DNA from: Gemmatimonadota bacterium
GTDB taxonomy: Bacteria > Gemmatimonadota > Gemmatimonadetes > Gemmatimonadales > GWC2-71-9
NCBI GenBank assembly: GCA_039586365.1
Contig: JBDHKN010000001.1
Span: 32,001 to 96,000, forward strand
DNA length: 64,000 bases
Direction of reading: 5' to 3'
Of this stretch, positions 60,965 through 64,000 are shown piece by piece; position 1 is the first letter of the stretch; each line of letters opens with the position of its first letter. The translations under genes were made by a program, and so were the position numbers. The notes beneath the pieces are model-generated. The model searched no databases. It was not told the origin of the DNA and saw nothing but the letters and a program-made list of their open reading frames with translations.

Positions 60965-60972
60965 GCCAAGGC

Positions 60973-62562
60973 CTAAGGGCCTCCCTCGATTACGCGCAAC
61001 TCCACCCTGCGATTCAGGGCGCGCCCATCTCGCGTAGTGTTGGTGGCGATCGGTTGGTTTGAACCATAGCCATGGGCCTCCATCCGCTCGGGTGGGATTC
61101 CCTTGCGAGCGAGGTAGGCCATCACGGCCCTGGCACGTGAGAGTGAAAGCGGATTGTTGATTGCGTCTGTGCCGGTCGCGTCTGTGTGTCCCGCGACTTC
61201 GATTCTAACGTCAGGGTATTCGAGCAGCGACGCAGCCACGGCGTCCAGGATCGAGTACGAATCCTGAGTCAATCTGGATCTACTGGTCTCGAAATTGACC
61301 CCCTGAAGAACCAACGGGCCCCTTTCCCCTTGCCCTGTGACGAATTGGCCTTGCTCGATCACAAACAGGACGGGGCATCCGCCAGAATCGACGGGATGGC
61401 CTGGTGCGGTGTTCGGGCAGCGATCGTTGTGATCAGGTACGCCATCTCCGTCGCTGTCCAGACCAGGTTCGCACCCGCGATCATCCACCTCCGTCCCTGG
61501 TGGTGTGCCTGGGCATTGGTCAATCGCGTCCAACACTCCGTCAGCGTCACTGTCCTCGGGGCAGCCAGTCTCGCTAACCGGAACTCCAAACGGAGTGCCG
61601 GGGCATACGTCCAATCCATCGAACACTCCGTCTCCGTCACTGTCCACGGGACATCCCCTAACGTTCACCTCAGCACCTGCAGGGGTATCGGGACACTGGT
61701 CCAATCCGTCAAACACCCCGTCCGTGTCTCCGTCTAGTGGACATCCTCGGGGATCTACGACAGCTTCGGCAGGCGTGTCCGGGCAGCTGTCGATTCCGTC
61801 CAAGACTCCGTCCTCGTCGGTGTCGCTGGGGCAGCCTTGGGCGTCCACCGTTGCGCCGGCCTGCGTGTCAGGACAGGCGTCTAGCCCGTCAAACACGAGA
61901 TCCCTATCGGTATCTAGCGGGCAGCCACCGTCATCTACGGTAGCACCATGCGGCGTGTCAGGGCACCAGTCATTCTTGTCACCAACGAGATCACCGTCGG
62001 CGTCGCGCAGGCGACCTCCGAAAGCGTAGACTGACAACCCCACAACGGCGCTGAAATTGAGCTCCTTTTCCGAGCCTGCGACGAGATACGACCCACGTGC
62101 CTCCACGCGAAGCGCGGCGCGGCCGCCGACTGAAAGCCGGTCACCCAAAACGACGTGCGGACCGCTGTCTTCGTCGCGCCGGGCACCGCGGAAAAAGATC
62201 TTCTCGTACCCGGCTCCGCCGTAGACTGCATTCCACGGTGCCAAATTAGCGTGTGCCAACAGGGTCCCGCCGATCCGCGCAACGTTGACCGTGTTTTCGG
62301 TGCCAACGAAGCGGGTCCGCGTATAGTCACCGTTGCCTTCGAGCGAGAACAGACGGTGCAGGAAGAAGCCTAGCCTACCACCAGTGCCGAACTCGTTGTC
62401 GAAGCCGATGCTTTCGTCAAACGCTGTGAGCGCTCCGAGGGCCCCCAACTCCACTTGTCCGGCAGTGCCAACTTGCGCCGTGCACGGGGCAACCGCAGCC
62501 AAGTAGCTGAACAGGAGAGCGAGAGCGGTCACGCGACCGGGGAAACGCAGGTGTCTCGGCAT
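60973..62562 (-). CDS. OmpA-family outer membrane protein with TSP3 repeats
   Basis: Signal peptide, beta-barrel-like N-terminus, DxDxDG repeats, OmpA_C motifs GHTD..G, LS..RA, NRRVE. Confidence 0.93.
   Translation of the reverse strand: MPRHLRFPGRVTALALLFSYLAAVAPCTAQVGTAGQVELGALGALTAFDESIGFDNEFGTGGRLGFFLHRLFSLEGNGDYTRTRFVGTENTVNVARIGGTLLAHANLAPWNAVYGGAGYEKIFFRGARRDEDSGPHVVLGDRLSVGGRAALRVEARGSYLVAGSEKELNFSAVVGLSVYAFGGRLRDADGDLVGDKNDWCPDTPHGATVDDGGCPLDTDRDLVFDGLDACPDTQAGATVDAQGCPSDTDEDGVLDGIDSCPDTPAEAVVDPRGCPLDGDTDGVFDGLDQCPDTPAGAEVNVRGCPVDSDGDGVFDGLDVCPGTPFGVPVSETGCPEDSDADGVLDAIDQCPGTPPGTEVDDRGCEPGLDSDGDGVPDHNDRCPNTAPGHPVDSGGCPVLFVIEQGQFVTGQGERGPLVLQGVNFETSRSRLTQDSYSILDAVAASLLEYPDVRIEVAGHTDATGTDAINNPLSLSRARAVMAYLARKGIPPERMEAHGYGSNQPIATNTTRDGRALNRRVELRVIEGGP
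61369..62004 (-). repeat. Seven tandem ~90 bp coding repeats (thrombospondin type 3-like)
   Basis: 7 x D.D.DGV.D..D.CP.TP.G..VD..GC(P). Confidence 0.9.
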
Positions 62563-62674
62563 GTCACACAATCTAAGGTTTCTAGGTTTCGCTGCCACGC
62601 TGTTTGGTCCAATCAGTTACTTCCTTACGAATCGGAATTAACATAATTGGAGGCCGACATTTCTGCGGCAGAGA

Positions 62675-64000
62675 TCACAAGTTGGCGTCTGCTTCAGGAG
62701 GCGATCTGTCCGCTTCCGGGTCGCGACCATCCAGCTTTCCCGTGGCGCTTGCCAACTCTTTCGCCAGCCTTGCGATCTCTCGGCTCCCGGTGATAAGCTG
62801 TTGTACCGCCTGGGCTTGTCCTGCAGAGGCGGTGGAGACGAGTGCGGCCTCGTTGGCGGACCGATCGGCAGCCGTCAGTGCCTCGATCAGCATTCGGCTA
62901 GTCTCACGTGCCAAATCGATGTTGTCCTTGGGCAGCGTGGCCAGGTGACTCCCAGCTTCACGGGTGGCCTCGGCGGAGTCGACGACTTGGGCTAGGTCGC
63001 CGCTCCATTTGGCGGAGGTATCTGCCAACTGGCTGAGCTGGCTGCCCAGATCTTCCAGTACCTGGGCCGCACGATCAATGGCCTGGCGAGCGTCCCTTGC
63101 GCTGCGGCCGATGCTTTGCGCCGCTTCAGCGCTTTGTTCCGCGAGCTTCCTGACTTCGTCCGCAACCACAGCGAAACCCTTGCCATGACTTCCGGTTCTG
63201 GAAGCCTCAATCGTCGCGTTGAGTGCCAGGAGGTTGGTCTGGTTGGCAATTACGGCAATTGTATCCGAGAATTCCTCAACGTCCTTCGCGGCGTCTCGCA
63301 AGTGGCTTACCTCTGCCACTCCCATCTCGATGGTTGAGCCGAGGCGTGACAACTCTGCAACCGCACGCGAACTCGTTTGGTGAACATCGAGAGCTATTTG
63401 TGAGACGGAGGAAGTCGTTGCTGCAGTTCGGGTCGCGGCTTGAATCGTGTTCTCAAGACCCCCGATCAATCTCTCGAGTATCTCTGCAGCCTGCTGTGCT
63501 TGGTCCATTGCGCGCTTGGCATCTGTTTCCGCTTTATCAGCGCTACTGGCCACTACTCCGGCCTTCTCCCTGATAGCTTCGCACGCAGCCGTGAGCTGCG
63601 TCGCGTATTGGACCGTCCTGTCGGAAGACCGCAACGCAGGCTCGAGGGCTGAAAGAAGGTTCAAGGACAGTGCGAACTGCGGTGCCAGCAAGCTAAGGAG
63701 CTCGCCGTCTGCACTGCGGTAGACGGCGGGATCTGAATGGCGCACACTCCAAGTTCCCGCCAAGCGCGCCCCCTGTAGCAGTGGGACTACGATCTCGGAA
63801 CCCAGCGCGTCTCCGGCTGATGGGATGAAATCGTTCCGGTTCAAGACGCTCGCGACGACTGGCCGACCCCGCCGAACGGCTTCCGCTACCGTCCCGCTGG
63901 TTGCGTCGAGCCGGGTTCCAGCAAGCAGTTCTGTATCTGCTATAACGAGAAGTTCGCCAGCCGCGGCGTCGTACCGCGAGAACCCCATGTTCTCCCACGG
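62675..64000 (-). CDS. Methyl-accepting chemotaxis protein with a GAF-like domain (5' end outside the window)
   Basis: [46 protein letters not shown] upstream. Confidence 0.92.
   Translation of the reverse strand, partial: PWENMGFSRYDAAAGELLVIADTELLAGTRLDATSGTVAEAVRRGRPVVASVLNRNDFIPSAGDALGSEIVVPLLQGARLAGTWSVRHSDPAVYRSADGELLSLLAPQFALSLNLLSALEPALRSSDRTVQYATQLTAACEAIREKAGVVASSADKAETDAKRAMDQAQQAAEILERLIGGLENTIQAATRTAATTSSVSQIALDVHQTSSRAVAELSRLGSTIEMGVAEVSHLRDAAKDVEEFSDTIAVIANQTNLLALNATIEASRTGSHGKGFAVVADEVRKLAEQSAEAAQSIGRSARDARQAIDRAAQVLEDLGSQLSQLADTSAKWSGDLAQVVDSAEATREAGSHLATLPKDNIDLARETSRMLIEALTAADRSANEAALVSTASAGQAQAVQQLITGSREIARLAKELASATGKLDGRDPEADRSPPEADANL

Noticed and set aside
61369..62004. 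Regular ~90 bp periodicity as a possible CRISPR or DNA repeat array
   Set aside because: Conserved only at protein level (TSP3 repeats inside OmpA); no identical repeats with spacers and no cas genes.
1..64000. Many long antisense or alternate-frame ORFs in the track (e.g. 40524-41264, 55666-56523, 4761-5432)
   Set aside because: Shadow ORFs of real genes in GC-rich DNA, with no recognisable motifs.
1..64000. Mobile elements, prophage, defence systems, tRNA or rRNA
   Set aside because: No transposase, integrase, reverse transcriptase, defence-nuclease or structural RNA signatures seen; composition looks uniform.

Overview
A 64 kb, roughly 60% GC, gene-dense chromosomal segment made up mostly of housekeeping genes. 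The likely source is a Gemmatimonadota bacterium; this is inferred from protein families and gene order, not from a marker gene. Main contents: csp-polA, an MMPL transporter, peptidases, rnd, def, a sufR-sufBCDSU-Rieske operon, an ABC exporter, and an origin-proximal mnmG-parS(x2)-parA-parB-M23-bactofilin block. These are followed by queG, a PLP enzyme-LOG-deoxyhypusine synthase cluster, glpD, fadIJ, proline dehydrogenase, rsgA, a fused 2-oxoacid dehydrogenase E1, a Ser/Thr kinase, lon, TetR and TrmB regulators, a LeuD-LeuC-type fusion, a TSP3-OmpA protein and a partial MCP. I saw no tRNA, rRNA, CRISPR array, transposase, integrase or phage genes, and no clear-cut novel system. The observations most worth checking are: (1) three clean short deletions in otherwise intact genes (sufB, the E1 fusion, fadJ), probably assembly-gap artefacts; (2) a recurrent leaderless-promoter signature; (3) a sigma54 promoter with an upstream palindrome at lon; (4) two probable CTG starts; (5) a bactofilin with two possible starts in the par operon; (6) a tandem membrane-protein/wHTH module with a visible promoter and operators.
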